From a virus, in the IMG/VR virus record IMGVR_UViG_3300045942_000027, positions 1-40,732 of that record: a stretch of 40,732 nt of DNA. The stretch is one strand, 5' to 3'. The position numbers and the translations under genes are program-made. Below the pieces are notes generated by a model. It had not been told where the DNA came from. It ran no database searches and saw only the letters and a program-made list of their open reading frames with translations. Positions 16,517 through 26,163 of this stretch are shown here, piece after piece. Position 1 is the first letter of the stretch. Each line of letters opens with the position of its first letter.

Positions 16517-18633
16517 AGGCTACGTTCCTCGGGGGTCATATGCTGCCAAAGGCCAGGGTCAACACCTTCCGGCACTTGTTCTGGGGCGGTCGGTGCCGAT
16601 GGAGGGCTAGGAGGAGATGGGGGAGCCGGAGGCTGTGAGGCCATGTCAGGCATAGTGACGCTAAACAGAGCCCTCTCCCTATCGAACCCCGCGCCAGGCG
16701 GATAGACTTGGTTGAGCCTATCCATGTGGCTGGAAATTGCTGCAGTCCCGGCCCTCTCCATGATCCCGAGCAGGCGTCGAATTGTTTGATCGTTAAGCTC
16801 TATGCTTCCGCCAGCAGCTTTCTCCGCAAATTCACGATCGGCGTTAGATATTTGAGTGCTGCCCACCGTGGCCTTCATGGTGGCGGCGACTTGTGGGGCA
16901 ATAGCGGAGCGGAACGTTTCGGTGTTGACGATCACATTGGGGTCCGCAACGCCCAATAGCGCGCCAACTCTTTGTAGCCCAAGACGTGCGTTTGCCCCCG
17001 CCCCTGAAATGATCCCACCTTCAACAGCGTTCCTGGCCTCTCTTAGAGCGTTCAAACCGACGGCGGCTGATTTCGCCCCAGATGCAGATTCGGCGACAGC
17101 ATCAAAGACTTGCTTATTGTCGCCGCCTCCGACTGTGACGCTCGTCGCGCCAGCTTTCTTGTTCGCGAGCATGAAGTCTGTGATTGACCCTGTATACCCG
17201 CGCTCCTTGGCATACTCATATTCTTTGATATCATTCGTCTTGAACGAATTCTGCTTTTCCCAATCGAACTTTTCACGCGCAAGCTGATCTCCGGGCGTAA
17301 GCCGCGGATTGCGCATGTTTTCGATTTCAAGCTGAGATTTCTCAAGACCAAGCCGATAGGCCGGATCGTTCTGCTTCATCTGCAGTTCTCGCTGGGCCTG
17401 CTGCTGCTGCATCTGCTGCTGTATTATAATCTGAGCGATACCACGCGTTCCCGGGCTTGCCCGCGGATCTGTGATAGCACGGACAAGCGCCTCATTCATG
17501 ATTGGAGACTGCGCCGGCGCCTGTGGTGGAGCCGGTGGGCTTGGAGGCGCCGGCGGGGCGGGATATTGCCCGTTCTGCGCGACTTCCTGGGTCGGCACAG
17601 ATGCCACGGCTGGCGCTGGCGAAACAGTCTGCGGGGCGTCAAGTGCAGGCACGGCAGCATTTGGCTGAACCGATACCATTGGATCGATATAACCGGACTG
17701 TGGCGCCGCTTTCTCGATTGCCGCGGCTGCTGGAGGCATACCTGCAGAAGGGTCAAGGCTGGCAACCTGCGTCGGCGCGCCATTGGTTAGCGCTGACAGA
17801 ATCATGCTGTCAGGGTAGAGATTGCTGGACTTGCCGTGCTCCTGCATCATGAGCCCGCGCATGAACTTTGCCGCTTTGGTCGGATCGTTCAGACCGATAT
17901 CGTCATCAGGTCCGATTCCCGCATAACGAGCCACATTCGCGGCTGCCTGAAAGTTGCCAGGCGTCCATCCCATGTTGCCGGCGATGATCTGGTTCGGTGT
18001 GAGCTTGCCGCCATTGTACTTTTTCAGCAGCAGTGAATGCATTGCACGCATCCCGCTCTCTGGCGTATCGAATACGGCCTGTGGGTCGCCTTGGTCGGTG
18101 TTCACGCTCGGGCCGACAATGCCGGGGACTTTCTGACCAACAAACTTGATGTTGCCAGGGTTGTTGTTGCGCATGCCAGCAGGTAGCGTTGCGCGACGGC
18201 TTTCATCCGCAAGGTAGGCGTTAAGCTCTGTGGCGTCTGGCAACGCAGAAACGCCCGCAGTAGCAACGCGCGGAGACGTGCCAGATACTTCACTTGCTGC
18301 ACCTGACATTGGAATAGATGCCCGAGTTGGCGCCGCTGCAGGAGAGGAAGACGCCGTGGCGGCTGATGCCCCGCTATACGACTTGATCGCATCAGCTAGC
18401 AACGACGCATTATAGTCGGTCAAATCCTTCTGCTCAGCGCCCGCCATGCGATCGTCTATCGCGCCCATGACGCCCTGAGCTACGCGGGCCAAGCCCTGTG
18501 ACCAATGGCCGACCGGGGAATAATCCATCCCCTGTTTCATCAGCGCCTCGGCGACCTTCTTCTCTTGGTCAATTTGGTCCTGCGTCAGCTTTCGACCACC
18601 GCGACCCCAAAAGAATGCCTGTTCTGCGGCCAT
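16507..18633 (-). CDS. Large internal virion protein (708 aa) with a central RNNNPGNI domain and two Pro-rich linkers
   Basis: Size and position match T7-type internal proteins. MRNNNPGNIKF...GMRAMHSLLLKKY resembles virion-associated cell-wall-active domains I recall. Function not verified. Confidence 0.55.
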   Translation of the reverse strand: MAAEQAFFWGRGGRKLTQDQIDQEKKVAEALMKQGMDYSPVGHWSQGLARVAQGVMGAIDDRMAGAEQKDLTDYNASLLADAIKSYSGASAATASSSPAAAPTRASIPMSGAASEVSGTSPRVATAGVSALPDATELNAYLADESRRATLPAGMRNNNPGNIKFVGQKVPGIVGPSVNTDQGDPQAVFDTPESGMRAMHSLLLKKYNGGKLTPNQIIAGNMGWTPGNFQAAANVARYAGIGPDDDIGLNDPTKAAKFMRGLMMQEHGKSSNLYPDSMILSALTNGAPTQVASLDPSAGMPPAAAAIEKAAPQSGYIDPMVSVQPNAAVPALDAPQTVSPAPAVASVPTQEVAQNGQYPAPPAPPSPPAPPQAPAQSPIMNEALVRAITDPRASPGTRGIAQIIIQQQMQQQQAQRELQMKQNDPAYRLGLEKSQLEIENMRNPRLTPGDQLAREKFDWEKQNSFKTNDIKEYEYAKERGYTGSITDFMLANKKAGATSVTVGGGDNKQVFDAVAESASGAKSAAVGLNALREARNAVEGGIISGAGANARLGLQRVGALLGVADPNVIVNTETFRSAIAPQVAATMKATVGSTQISNADREFAEKAAGGSIELNDQTIRRLLGIMERAGTAAISSHMDRLNQVYPPGAGFDRERALFSVTMPDMASQPPAPPSPPSPPSAPTAPEQVPEGVDPGLWQHMTPEERSLWK

Positions 18634-19613
18634 TATTCTGCCTCCGTCGCGGCGAGGTAATCAACCATTTTGAAGCCATTCGGCTGAATATGCACTGCGG
18701 CGGGCGCGATCTGCTCGACTTCATCAGCCATCAGGCCAATCTCAGTGACGTTTGAACCCTTCATTCGGTACGAATAGATGGGCAAGCCATTGTCGAGTGT
18801 TCCGACGCGCTTGATGTCTGTCTTTAGGCGTCGGTCGGAGTACTTGATGCCGGCTGTCAAACCGGTGCCAAGCAGGCCGAAAAGGCCGCCCATTTTGGCG
18901 TTTTGGGATTGAACCTGCGTTTGATAGTTTGAATTCACGAGACCGGTGTAATCCACCCCGCCAACATTTGCCTGGGGCGTGTTCACGAACTGAGGTTGGC
19001 TGACCTGGGCGCCACTTAGGAGCGACGAAATCTCATTGAGTGGCTGGCTTCGCTCCGCATATGCTTCCTGAAGAGCCTGGCTTCGACCGGTCAGATACAG
19101 GTTATTATAAGCATCGTTCTTCGTCTGCCCAAGCTGCTGCATCTGCTGGTCAAACGCTTCCGAGCCGGGGCGAATGCCGGATGCGATCAGACGAGAACGC
19201 AGGGCTTCTTCCTCGCGCGCGAATCGAGGATCGAGGCGAGCAGAGCCGAGTTCATTAAGACGAGATTCCGCCTCTGTGGTATCGGCCTTGAACGGCGTGC
19301 TGAGGTAGTCCGTCAGGAACTTCGACTGCTGATTAGCCAATGTTCCAAGATTAAGCTCCGCCGCGTCCGTCTGGTCTTTGATCGCCTGCTGGCCTGCCGA
19401 AAGTGAAGTCGTTGCGGTGTATTTCGGAATAGTGACCGTTTGGCCCTGAGAATTGACGAACGTATTATTCCCGTTTTGCGTATAGGTCAGCGTGCCGTCA
19501 GGCCCGACCTGATCCACCATGTTTGTCAGCTGCTGAGCCTGCGCAGTATCGACGTTCATGCCGGCCTGCGCGGCTGCAGTTTCCTTCGGATCGGGCGCTT
19601 TAGGTGTTTTCAT
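18633..19613 (-). CDS. Virion protein with a C-terminal peptidase-S74 intramolecular chaperone domain
   Basis: C-terminus YSDRRLKTDIKRVGTLDNGLPIYSYRMKG...IGLMADEVEQIAPAAV matches the auto-cleaving chaperone domain of fibre and endosialidase proteins. Confidence 0.7.
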   Translation of the reverse strand: MKTPKAPDPKETAAAQAGMNVDTAQAQQLTNMVDQVGPDGTLTYTQNGNNTFVNSQGQTVTIPKYTATTSLSAGQQAIKDQTDAAELNLGTLANQQSKFLTDYLSTPFKADTTEAESRLNELGSARLDPRFAREEEALRSRLIASGIRPGSEAFDQQMQQLGQTKNDAYNNLYLTGRSQALQEAYAERSQPLNEISSLLSGAQVSQPQFVNTPQANVGGVDYTGLVNSNYQTQVQSQNAKMGGLFGLLGTGLTAGIKYSDRRLKTDIKRVGTLDNGLPIYSYRMKGSNVTEIGLMADEVEQIAPAAVHIQPNGFKMVDYLAATEAE

Positions 19614-19993
19614 CTCAAAAACCTATATTCACTTTTCAGGATGCCAATGATGAGGCCATTGCGGCCCGGCCCGTAGAAATCTCGCATTTCGCCCTCGCGC
19701 TTACCGCCGAGGCGTTCAGCCAGGCGCGCAACGGTCTCTTGCTCTGTGGTGAAGGTCATTCGGATGCAGCCAATTTGCCGGAAAACGTATTCCCCAACCT
19801 CTGCCAGAAATTTCCTTGTCCACGCCTGCCCCGCTACCGTCACCTCGACACTCGGCCCTGTGAAGCAGTTGAACACTGCGCCAGCAACGATCGTGCCGTT
19901 TTCCTCGATGCCGATAGCTGTGAAGGGCGGGTATAGAGCGACCTGCAATGAATCGCTGACAAAGCGGATAACCCGCTCATCCGAGACAATCAT
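19610..19993 (-). CDS. GNAT-fold acetyltransferase-like protein (127 aa)
   Basis: The C-terminal half (FLAEVGEYVFRQIGCIRMTFTTEQETVARLAERLGGKREGEMRDF) resembles the RimJ/RimL-type GNAT core. No canonical Q/RxxGxG/A motif seen. ATGA-coupled on both sides. Confidence 0.45.
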   Translation of the reverse strand: MIVSDERVIRFVSDSLQVALYPPFTAIGIEENGTIVAGAVFNCFTGPSVEVTVAGQAWTRKFLAEVGEYVFRQIGCIRMTFTTEQETVARLAERLGGKREGEMRDFYGPGRNGLIIGILKSEYRFLR

Positions 19994-21807
19994 GTGATTG
20001 GCTGCGCCACGTCGTAGGTGATCTCAACCCGGATAATCTCGGTGTCGAGAGGTACCGTGCTGCCGCTTGTGATCTGAGCGCATGGAGCAAGGGAATACCC
20101 CGTCCCGCTTACAGAAACCCATGCCAGCATGGTCTTTAGGCTCGTTGCCAGGCCCCACACTGCTTCGCCCCACTTGCCTACACCCCATTCGCTCGATCCT
20201 TCCACAGGATAAGCAGAAGGCGTTTGCTGGTCCTGAAAGGTATAATCGAACTGCATCGTGAGCTTGGCTTTCGCATCACGAGGGCCGCGCAAGAACACGC
20301 GCCCGTTCGAGGGGATCTTGAGAGACGCAGGCGTGCGCAGATCATCAAAAAGCGGTACGAACAGGCCGGTATATGGCGCCCCCTCGTCGGCCCCGGTCAC
20401 ATTCGCCTCAACCACACGACCATTCGCTGATCCAAAGAACAAGCGACCATTGAAAAGCTCAAGGCACCTTCCGTCCCAGCCTGTATATTCGGCCCAAGCG
20501 CCGGTCCTGGCATTCGAAACGATCATGGTGGCCGGCTGGTCATTGACGGTAGGCAACGCCACCACAACCATCTGGGATTCCGGCCATACTTCGCAGTTCC
20601 ATTCCCTCACAGGGCGCAGCGCGACAAAGTTGTTCCATTCCGTTTCGATCGGATAAGACACCGCCGCGGGCGAAAGAGCCGCATAGTCGCGCTGGATAGC
20701 CTGAGACAGCGGCACGAAGCCCACGTCTGTCGCTATTACCAGATCACCCCCGGCGCGAATGAATGCTTTCGGCCCGAGAGGCTTGCCAATGCGATATATT
20801 CCGACCTTCTGCCATGTCGTTGCGTCCGTGGGGTCAATGCCCTCATAAATCAGGACTTCACCCTCGGTGCTAAAGAATGCCGTGGTGTCGTGGAGACCAT
20901 TGCCGGAGTCGAGCGACCATGACGCCCCGAACATGAGTGAACCACCGCGGGTAAATTCTCCCCCGAGGGGCAGTTTTTTGGCAACTCCACCAACGCTGTC
21001 TGCAGCCAGATACCAAGCGTTCATGCTGTTCTCTTCAATGAAGAACAATCGCGCCTTGGAAGGCCAGACATAAGCCAAAGTGTTGGTTGGAACGCCCGTA
21101 AGCGCTACGAAAAGTGTCTGCGCTGGGCCGTTGACGGTTGCTGATCCACCACCGCCCGAGATAATCTCATTATCCTGGAAGCCAGAACCAGCAATGGTCC
21201 CGAGAATGAGGTATCCAGAGGATCCGTTATCTACCTGTCGCTTGATGACAGCGGTGGATCCCGATGTTGCACCAGTGATTGTTGCGCCAACGGTGAAATT
21301 GGCAGTCTGTGCATCGAAATTCAGGCGATTAACCGGCTCATTCGTGATCGCATACCAGTCGGAACCGTCATAGATCTGCATCGGGTCGGACGCATTGACG
21401 TTGACGAGAAACGCGCCGCCGGTCGTTGTAAACTGAGCCGACGACCATTTTCCGCTCGTGAGACCAGAGACGTCAGGCGCCGGCGATACCAAGGGATCAA
21501 CGACGTTCGTCACGTCGTAAATGGCGCCATTGGTCGCGGCAAACAGGTTTTCAATATTGCCGTTCTTGTAGGCCATCATGGATTCGACCGGAAAAGAACC
21601 ATCACCTACCGTCGCATACCGCTGAGACCCGCGACGCAGGATATTGCTCGTAGAGGTTGGGAACATGTTGCGCAGCTTGAACGCGCCCTGTGGAGCGTTC
21701 CTGTCCGGCTGGGCAAGGTTCTGGTTCGCCACCCACCCACCAGTCGCCGCGGCAAACGTCGCGCTCTTGGCAATGCGCGGCTTATTCGGAACCGCAGGCT
21801 TCCTCAT
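19990..21807 (-). CDS. Large tail (nozzle / tubular-B-like) protein, 605 aa
   Basis: Position after the putative adaptor in a T7-like order. Start at the ATGA overlap (21807). The longer ORF-track form has an Arg-rich, improbable extension. Confidence 0.45.
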   Translation of the reverse strand: MRKPAVPNKPRIAKSATFAAATGGWVANQNLAQPDRNAPQGAFKLRNMFPTSTSNILRRGSQRYATVGDGSFPVESMMAYKNGNIENLFAATNGAIYDVTNVVDPLVSPAPDVSGLTSGKWSSAQFTTTGGAFLVNVNASDPMQIYDGSDWYAITNEPVNRLNFDAQTANFTVGATITGATSGSTAVIKRQVDNGSSGYLILGTIAGSGFQDNEIISGGGGSATVNGPAQTLFVALTGVPTNTLAYVWPSKARLFFIEENSMNAWYLAADSVGGVAKKLPLGGEFTRGGSLMFGASWSLDSGNGLHDTTAFFSTEGEVLIYEGIDPTDATTWQKVGIYRIGKPLGPKAFIRAGGDLVIATDVGFVPLSQAIQRDYAALSPAAVSYPIETEWNNFVALRPVREWNCEVWPESQMVVVALPTVNDQPATMIVSNARTGAWAEYTGWDGRCLELFNGRLFFGSANGRVVEANVTGADEGAPYTGLFVPLFDDLRTPASLKIPSNGRVFLRGPRDAKAKLTMQFDYTFQDQQTPSAYPVEGSSEWGVGKWGEAVWGLATSLKTMLAWVSVSGTGYSLAPCAQITSGSTVPLDTEIIRVEITYDVAQPIT

Positions 21808-22508
21808 AGAGCGCCCAACGGCTTGGGATAGGCGGTATGCACATCGCCGCCCCATCGCTTGTGAGAGCCTTGAAGAATACGCGCGCCGCGGTCGTCGGAC
21901 GACACCTGAGCCATGCGAATTTCGTAGTTCTGCAGATCCTCGGCATATTCCAAACGCTTCTGAGCGCGCCATTTCCAGATAAGGCCGAGCGTCAAAAGGC
22001 TTTCGTCAAGGACGAAATCATCCTCATCCTTGGTGAACTCCGCCTTTCGTGACTGGTCGTCACCGTCAATCACCGCGTTCTTGCTGATATAGTAAAACTC
22101 TGCGGTGGTAGACGCCCCGATCGGCGGGCTGAACTGGAACTTGCCGTCAAGAATGATCCAATAGCCAGGGCTTGGCGACATAAGTCCGTTGATCAGGTCG
22201 TTCCAGAAATTAAGGCTTGGCGCATCCACATAGCCCCATGTGTACCAGTTGGCGCGGGTGACACGTCCGCTCTTGGGCATCCTGTCGTAGTCATCTGGCT
22301 TGTCGAAAGCCATGGTAACGCCGTTCCCAACCATCTGGTGCTTCACAATAAGTGACCGCCACTCGCAATATTTCACGATATCGCGCACCACGTCCTTGGC
22401 GAGGTCAACAATCTCCATTTCGAACGTATTCTGGCTCGAAACGAAGGTCGAAGGCTTTTGGCCAATAAGACGGATAGCTGCGCTCTGTGCGGCGGTCAAA
22501 AAGGTCAT
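21804..22508 (-). CDS. Tail adaptor / tubular-A-like protein, 234 aa
   Basis: Start ATG 22508 lies 1 nt after the upstream TAA. Position-based call only. Confidence 0.4.
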   Translation of the reverse strand: MTFLTAAQSAAIRLIGQKPSTFVSSQNTFEMEIVDLAKDVVRDIVKYCEWRSLIVKHQMVGNGVTMAFDKPDDYDRMPKSGRVTRANWYTWGYVDAPSLNFWNDLINGLMSPSPGYWIILDGKFQFSPPIGASTTAEFYYISKNAVIDGDDQSRKAEFTKDEDDFVLDESLLTLGLIWKWRAQKRLEYAEDLQNYEIRMAQVSSDDRGARILQGSHKRWGGDVHTAYPKPLGAL

Positions 22509-22509
22509 T

Positions 22510-23262
22510 TTACTTGGCCTCTGCAGCCAGTTCGTCGGCCATCTTGACCAATGTTTCATGCGAAGGATTGCCACGCGGCTTGCTGCCAGACTTCTCCGCG
22601 ATGTATTCCTTGAGCAAACCATCGTCCCAATCCTCGAATTCAGAGACGGGGGCTGGTGCCGGCTGATCGTCGGTATAGCCGAGATCATCAGAAATGCGCT
22701 CGTCGCCCTGGTTGGGACGCTGCGCAAGCTCTGCCTTGAGACGCTCGACTTCGGATTTGTAGAACTCGGCTTCACTGGCAAGCTTGGTGACGTTTGCCGA
22801 ACCGGCGGCGTTGTCGAGGTAGGCCTGCGCCTGGTTCTTCCACTCGCGCCCGCCCTGCCCGAGCGTCTTCAGCGGTTGACCGTCGAGTGCTGCAAGAGAT
22901 TCGGCGGTGTAGATATGCAAAGCCTTGAGCTCCATGCGCTTGGCCTTCGTGAGGAAGGGAAGCTCTTCGAGAGGCGTGCCGGCCTGGGTCTGCGCAACGC
23001 CCTTCTTGAACTCAAGATACTGGCGATTGTACTTCTGCGCATAAGTGACCTTCTCGGTCGTGCCGTCTTCGCGCTCAACCCAGCCTGGGGCCTCAGCGTG
23101 AGCGGGGAAAACTGGAGAGTTGAGCCGATCGCCGCTCATGCGAATGCGGCAAACCTCGACATCGTCATAGATCGGGCGCTGCGCTTCTTTGCTCTTGGCG
23201 ACGTTGACCTGTGGGAAGTTCTCGAACGTCACCACAATGCGGCTGTCATCTGAAATTGCCAT
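22510..23262 (-). CDS. Virion-module hypothetical protein (250 aa) with an acidic C-terminal half
   Basis: ORF track. Lies between the capsid-decoration gene and the tail genes. Confidence 0.5.
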   Translation of the reverse strand: MAISDDSRIVVTFENFPQVNVAKSKEAQRPIYDDVEVCRIRMSGDRLNSPVFPAHAEAPGWVEREDGTTEKVTYAQKYNRQYLEFKKGVAQTQAGTPLEELPFLTKAKRMELKALHIYTAESLAALDGQPLKTLGQGGREWKNQAQAYLDNAAGSANVTKLASEAEFYKSEVERLKAELAQRPNQGDERISDDLGYTDDQPAPAPVSEFEDWDDGLLKEYIAEKSGSKPRGNPSHETLVKMADELAAEAK

Positions 23263-23291
23263 TTCGATTGATCCTGTCTGAGAGGGAGGAA

Positions 23292-23309
23292 GAGGGGCCG
23301 AAGCCCCTC
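23292..23309 (-). terminator. GC-rich UUCG-tetraloop hairpin after the capsid/decoration genes (partial terminator or RNA stabiliser)
   Basis: Minus-strand RNA reads GAGGGGC-UUCG-GCCCCUC followed by UUCCUCCCUC. Lies in the 54-bp gap 23263..23316. Confidence 0.45.
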
Positions 23310-23316
23310 AAGATTG

Positions 23317-23625
23317 TCAGATCGCGGTCTTCTTGAACCACGCGTAGTTGTTGATCGGAACGCCACCCGTGACAGTGGGAGCGGTCCAGGCGCCGGCACC
23401 TGTTGCCATGGTCATGGCTGGCTCGGTGAGTACGCAGACAGCACCCGAAGCGATCGCCGCCGATGCCTGGGCAAAGATATAGTCGTGGCCGTCGTTGGCC
23501 TTGACAACCGCGCCGAGTTGCGGCGACGGGACAGCGCGACCCGCGTCCCAATAGCCCAGAGTGCCGACCAGACCATTGTTGATGCTGATGGTCGGGCCAA
23601 GTGATGGAGTGATATGAAATGCCAT
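23317..23625 (-). CDS. Small capsid-associated protein (decoration/cement-like, 102 aa)
   Basis: Directly downstream of the major capsid gene. SD GAGGAGG. Gly/Ala-rich, beta-rich-looking sequence. Family unverified. Confidence 0.4.
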   Translation of the reverse strand: MAFHITPSLGPTISINNGLVGTLGYWDAGRAVPSPQLGAVVKANDGHDYIFAQASAAIASGAVCVLTEPAMTMATGAGAWTAPTVTGGVPINNYAWFKKTAI

Positions 23626-23638
23626 TTGTCAGGCCTCC

Positions 23639-24655
23639 TCAAGCTGCAGGGTTGGAGTCGTAAAGTCTCCAATTAAACAATGGGTTGGTCATGGTCAGTT
23701 CGCCCATGAAGCCGAGGTACTGCGCAACGGCGTCCTGGTTGATTGGCTTCTGCCCGTCGCCTTCGAACAGTTTGTCCATGTTGCGATCCGGGTGGTAGCG
23801 CATACGGAAGGTGTCGGAGTTGAGACCGAACGTGGTGTTAGCCGGGATAGCCGCACCAATACCGCCAGCCATGACGACTTCGACCGAGCGACCGGCGCCG
23901 ACGTATTCGATCGACTGGAAACCGAGAGAGCCCAGTGAGCCAGGCTTGATGATGCGCTGGGCAGCAACAAGCGCTGCGTCATAGGCCGCATAATGCTCGT
24001 TCGACATGAGCAGGATATCCGCCGACTGCTGGCCGCGAGACCGCTGGAGAAAGATCTGCGTCAGGATTGGGCGAATGGTCGTCGCATTGATCTGGGTGAT
24101 GCCCGAGAATGCCGAGTTTGCATCGAAGGTCGTGGTGCGCCAAAGGGCGTACTGCGAACGGTCGATACCACCGTACACACCGGTGTTGGTGATGATCGGA
24201 ACAGCCGCGGCAAGGCCGGTGAGCTGCTTGCCGTTGTTGGCCGTGCCATCGGAATAAAGACCGGTTTCGATCGTCTCCGTCAGCGCGGTTTCGGCTGCAT
24301 CCATGTACGCCGTCATTACGTCCATGATTTCAGCTTCGCCGCTGTTGTTCAGAATTTCCTCCATAGTGAGGGAAATCGGAACGGCGACCATCTTGGGCGT
24401 CCAATAGGCGTCATTGTAGAGTTCGATAGGCGGGTTATCGAGGAAGTCGTAGCCAGAATACCACTGGCCGGTCGGCTTCGCGATCTGGAGCGTCTGACGG
24501 ATACGTGGGCCCGAATAGGTGCTCCACATGCCCTTGCGCTTCATGAGTGCGAGGAGCGCGATCTGGTTCGATACCAGGTCTTGACGACCGGGACCGCGAT
24601 CCTCAAGTGCCATGGAAAGCACCTGCTGATAGTTGATTGATGAGTTGATAGGCAT
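23639..24655 (-). CDS. Major capsid protein
   Basis: 338 aa, directly after the scaffold gene and before the decoration gene. Size and composition fit an HK97-fold coat protein. Confidence 0.75.
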   Translation of the reverse strand: MPINSSINYQQVLSMALEDRGPGRQDLVSNQIALLALMKRKGMWSTYSGPRIRQTLQIAKPTGQWYSGYDFLDNPPIELYNDAYWTPKMVAVPISLTMEEILNNSGEAEIMDVMTAYMDAAETALTETIETGLYSDGTANNGKQLTGLAAAVPIITNTGVYGGIDRSQYALWRTTTFDANSAFSGITQINATTIRPILTQIFLQRSRGQQSADILLMSNEHYAAYDAALVAAQRIIKPGSLGSLGFQSIEYVGAGRSVEVVMAGGIGAAIPANTTFGLNSDTFRMRYHPDRNMDKLFEGDGQKPINQDAVAQYLGFMGELTMTNPLFNWRLYDSNPAA

Positions 24656-24667
24656 TTGTTTTTCCCT

Positions 24668-25792
24668 TTAAGCGCCTGCGCGGGCCATTGCCCGCTTCAC
24701 GGCCTCTGCGTTGGATGAAGGCACAGACTTTTTCGCTGCGGGGCTAATGCCCCCGGTCGGTGCGCCTGACACTGATTTTGCCCCTGCGGGGTTGAAAGCC
24801 GGTGCCTGGGTTTGAGCCGGGACACTTTCTGCCGGTTTGAGCGGCTGGCTGGTCTGCGCTGCGTTTGAGGCAGGCGCTTTAAGGACGGATGCGAGCTCGT
24901 AAGCCGATGGCAAGTCCTTGGCAGTTCCAGTCTTGAGGAGCGTTGCGATCACGTCGGAAAGCTCGTCAAAACGGTCATGTGACGCCGCAAATTCTGCGAC
25001 GATATCGGGGGCCTTTGCAGCCATTTCCATCTGCTGGATTTTGGCTTCAAGCTCCTGAATGCGGGAATGGGCTTGCTGAACCTGCACATTCGGGTTCTGG
25101 CCCATGATGTGGGCTGCGACGGCCTGCAGATTGATTCCGAAATGATCGGTGACGCGCTTCAAACCCTCGATCGGGTTGCGTGCAAAAGCGTCTTCGATCT
25201 CGGCAACCTGCTTTAGGGACTCGTGGACACCTTCGCGGCCATTCTTGCGGGCCAGGTCGTCCCATTCACGGACCTTCTCGTATCGCTCAGCCGATTCCTT
25301 GTATTTCTTGTGACCCTCTTCGAGTTCACGCTGCATGCGGTGAACTTCTTCCTGCACCGTTTCGGGTGTGGTGGCCCAGTCGCGCTTGCCATGCTCAAGG
25401 AACCGTGCAGGCGGCTCATGGTGAGGCTTCCGCCCCTCAGACGTTTGGTTGCCTTCCGGCTTCGCCTGCACAGTCCCCTTGGCATCATCCGGCGTATTGA
25501 CCGGCGATTGCTTGGCTTCTGCCTTCGGTGCTGGTTTTGCCTCGGCCTTCGGATCGACTTTCACGTCCTTGGCTTTGGCTTCCGCCTGGGCTTGCGCCTT
25601 TTCCTTTGACGCTTCGAGCGCACGCTTTACGGCTTCCGAATTGTTCTTCGGCGCTTCCGGTTTGGCCTCTGGTTGAGGCTTGCGTGTCGCATCTTCGGGG
25701 ATCTGGCTGCCAAGCTCGTGATTAGTGGGATGGGCATCGGTAATGATTGCGCCGCCGGATGCGTCCGGGGCCGCTGCTGGTGCATCGGTCAT
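24668..25792 (-). CDS. Scaffolding protein
   Basis: Ala/Lys/Glu/Pro-rich, low-complexity helical protein between portal and capsid. Confidence 0.65.
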   Translation of the reverse strand: MTDAPAAAPDASGGAIITDAHPTNHELGSQIPEDATRKPQPEAKPEAPKNNSEAVKRALEASKEKAQAQAEAKAKDVKVDPKAEAKPAPKAEAKQSPVNTPDDAKGTVQAKPEGNQTSEGRKPHHEPPARFLEHGKRDWATTPETVQEEVHRMQRELEEGHKKYKESAERYEKVREWDDLARKNGREGVHESLKQVAEIEDAFARNPIEGLKRVTDHFGINLQAVAAHIMGQNPNVQVQQAHSRIQELEAKIQQMEMAAKAPDIVAEFAASHDRFDELSDVIATLLKTGTAKDLPSAYELASVLKAPASNAAQTSQPLKPAESVPAQTQAPAFNPAGAKSVSGAPTGGISPAAKKSVPSSNAEAVKRAMARAGA

Positions 25793-25815
25793 GGTGGTTT
25801 CCTGTCTGAGAGGAG

Positions 25816-26163
25816 TTAGACGCGCTCGCCGCGGCGCTCGCCGCGGAGATAGCGGGCTTTGGCCTTTTCAATGGAGTCGCGGTAAACCTTCGGGTCTACC
25901 TTCTCCTTATTCTTCGGGCGCAGACGGGCAGGATCGTTGCCTACCTCAATAGCGCCGGCTTCCCGCGTGATGCGAGAGAACGTCGATTTGCTGGTGTAAT
26001 ATTTGCCGTCGATCGGATGCTGAAGCGGCTCGGTGGTGTCGCTGATGAAATAAGGCACGGGAAGGCCTTCCGACTGCCCTTCGGAAGCGACGGGATAGCA
26101 TTCAAGCGGCCACTCTTCCGTTTCATGCCATTTGCTGCACATGCGGCAGAAACGCTGCCTCAT
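25816..26163 (-). CDS. Hypothetical protein (115 aa) with an N-terminal Cys cluster
   Basis: ATGA-coupled to the portal stop. Contains CRMCSKWH...EC. Confidence 0.5.
   Translation of the reverse strand: MRQRFCRMCSKWHETEEWPLECYPVASEGQSEGLPVPYFISDTTEPLQHPIDGKYYTSKSTFSRITREAGAIEVGNDPARLRPKNKEKVDPKVYRDSIEKAKARYLRGERRGERV

Noticed and set aside
16560-17640. Pro-rich repeats (PPAPPSPPSPPSAP and PAPPAPPSPPAPPQAP) in the 708-aa protein as a tandem-repeat or array element
   Set aside because: They are low-complexity linker sequence within a continuous ORF. There is no spacer-repeat periodicity, so this is not a CRISPR or satellite array.
22300-24640. Long plus-strand ORFs (22300..23253, 317 aa; 23993..24640, 215 aa) opposite the capsid-region genes
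   Set aside because: These are typical high-GC antisense shadow ORFs: Arg/Leu/Gly-rich, no SD, fully inside well-supported minus-strand structural genes. The same reasoning applies to 16022..16705, 27076..27588, 27759..28319 and 5486..6160.
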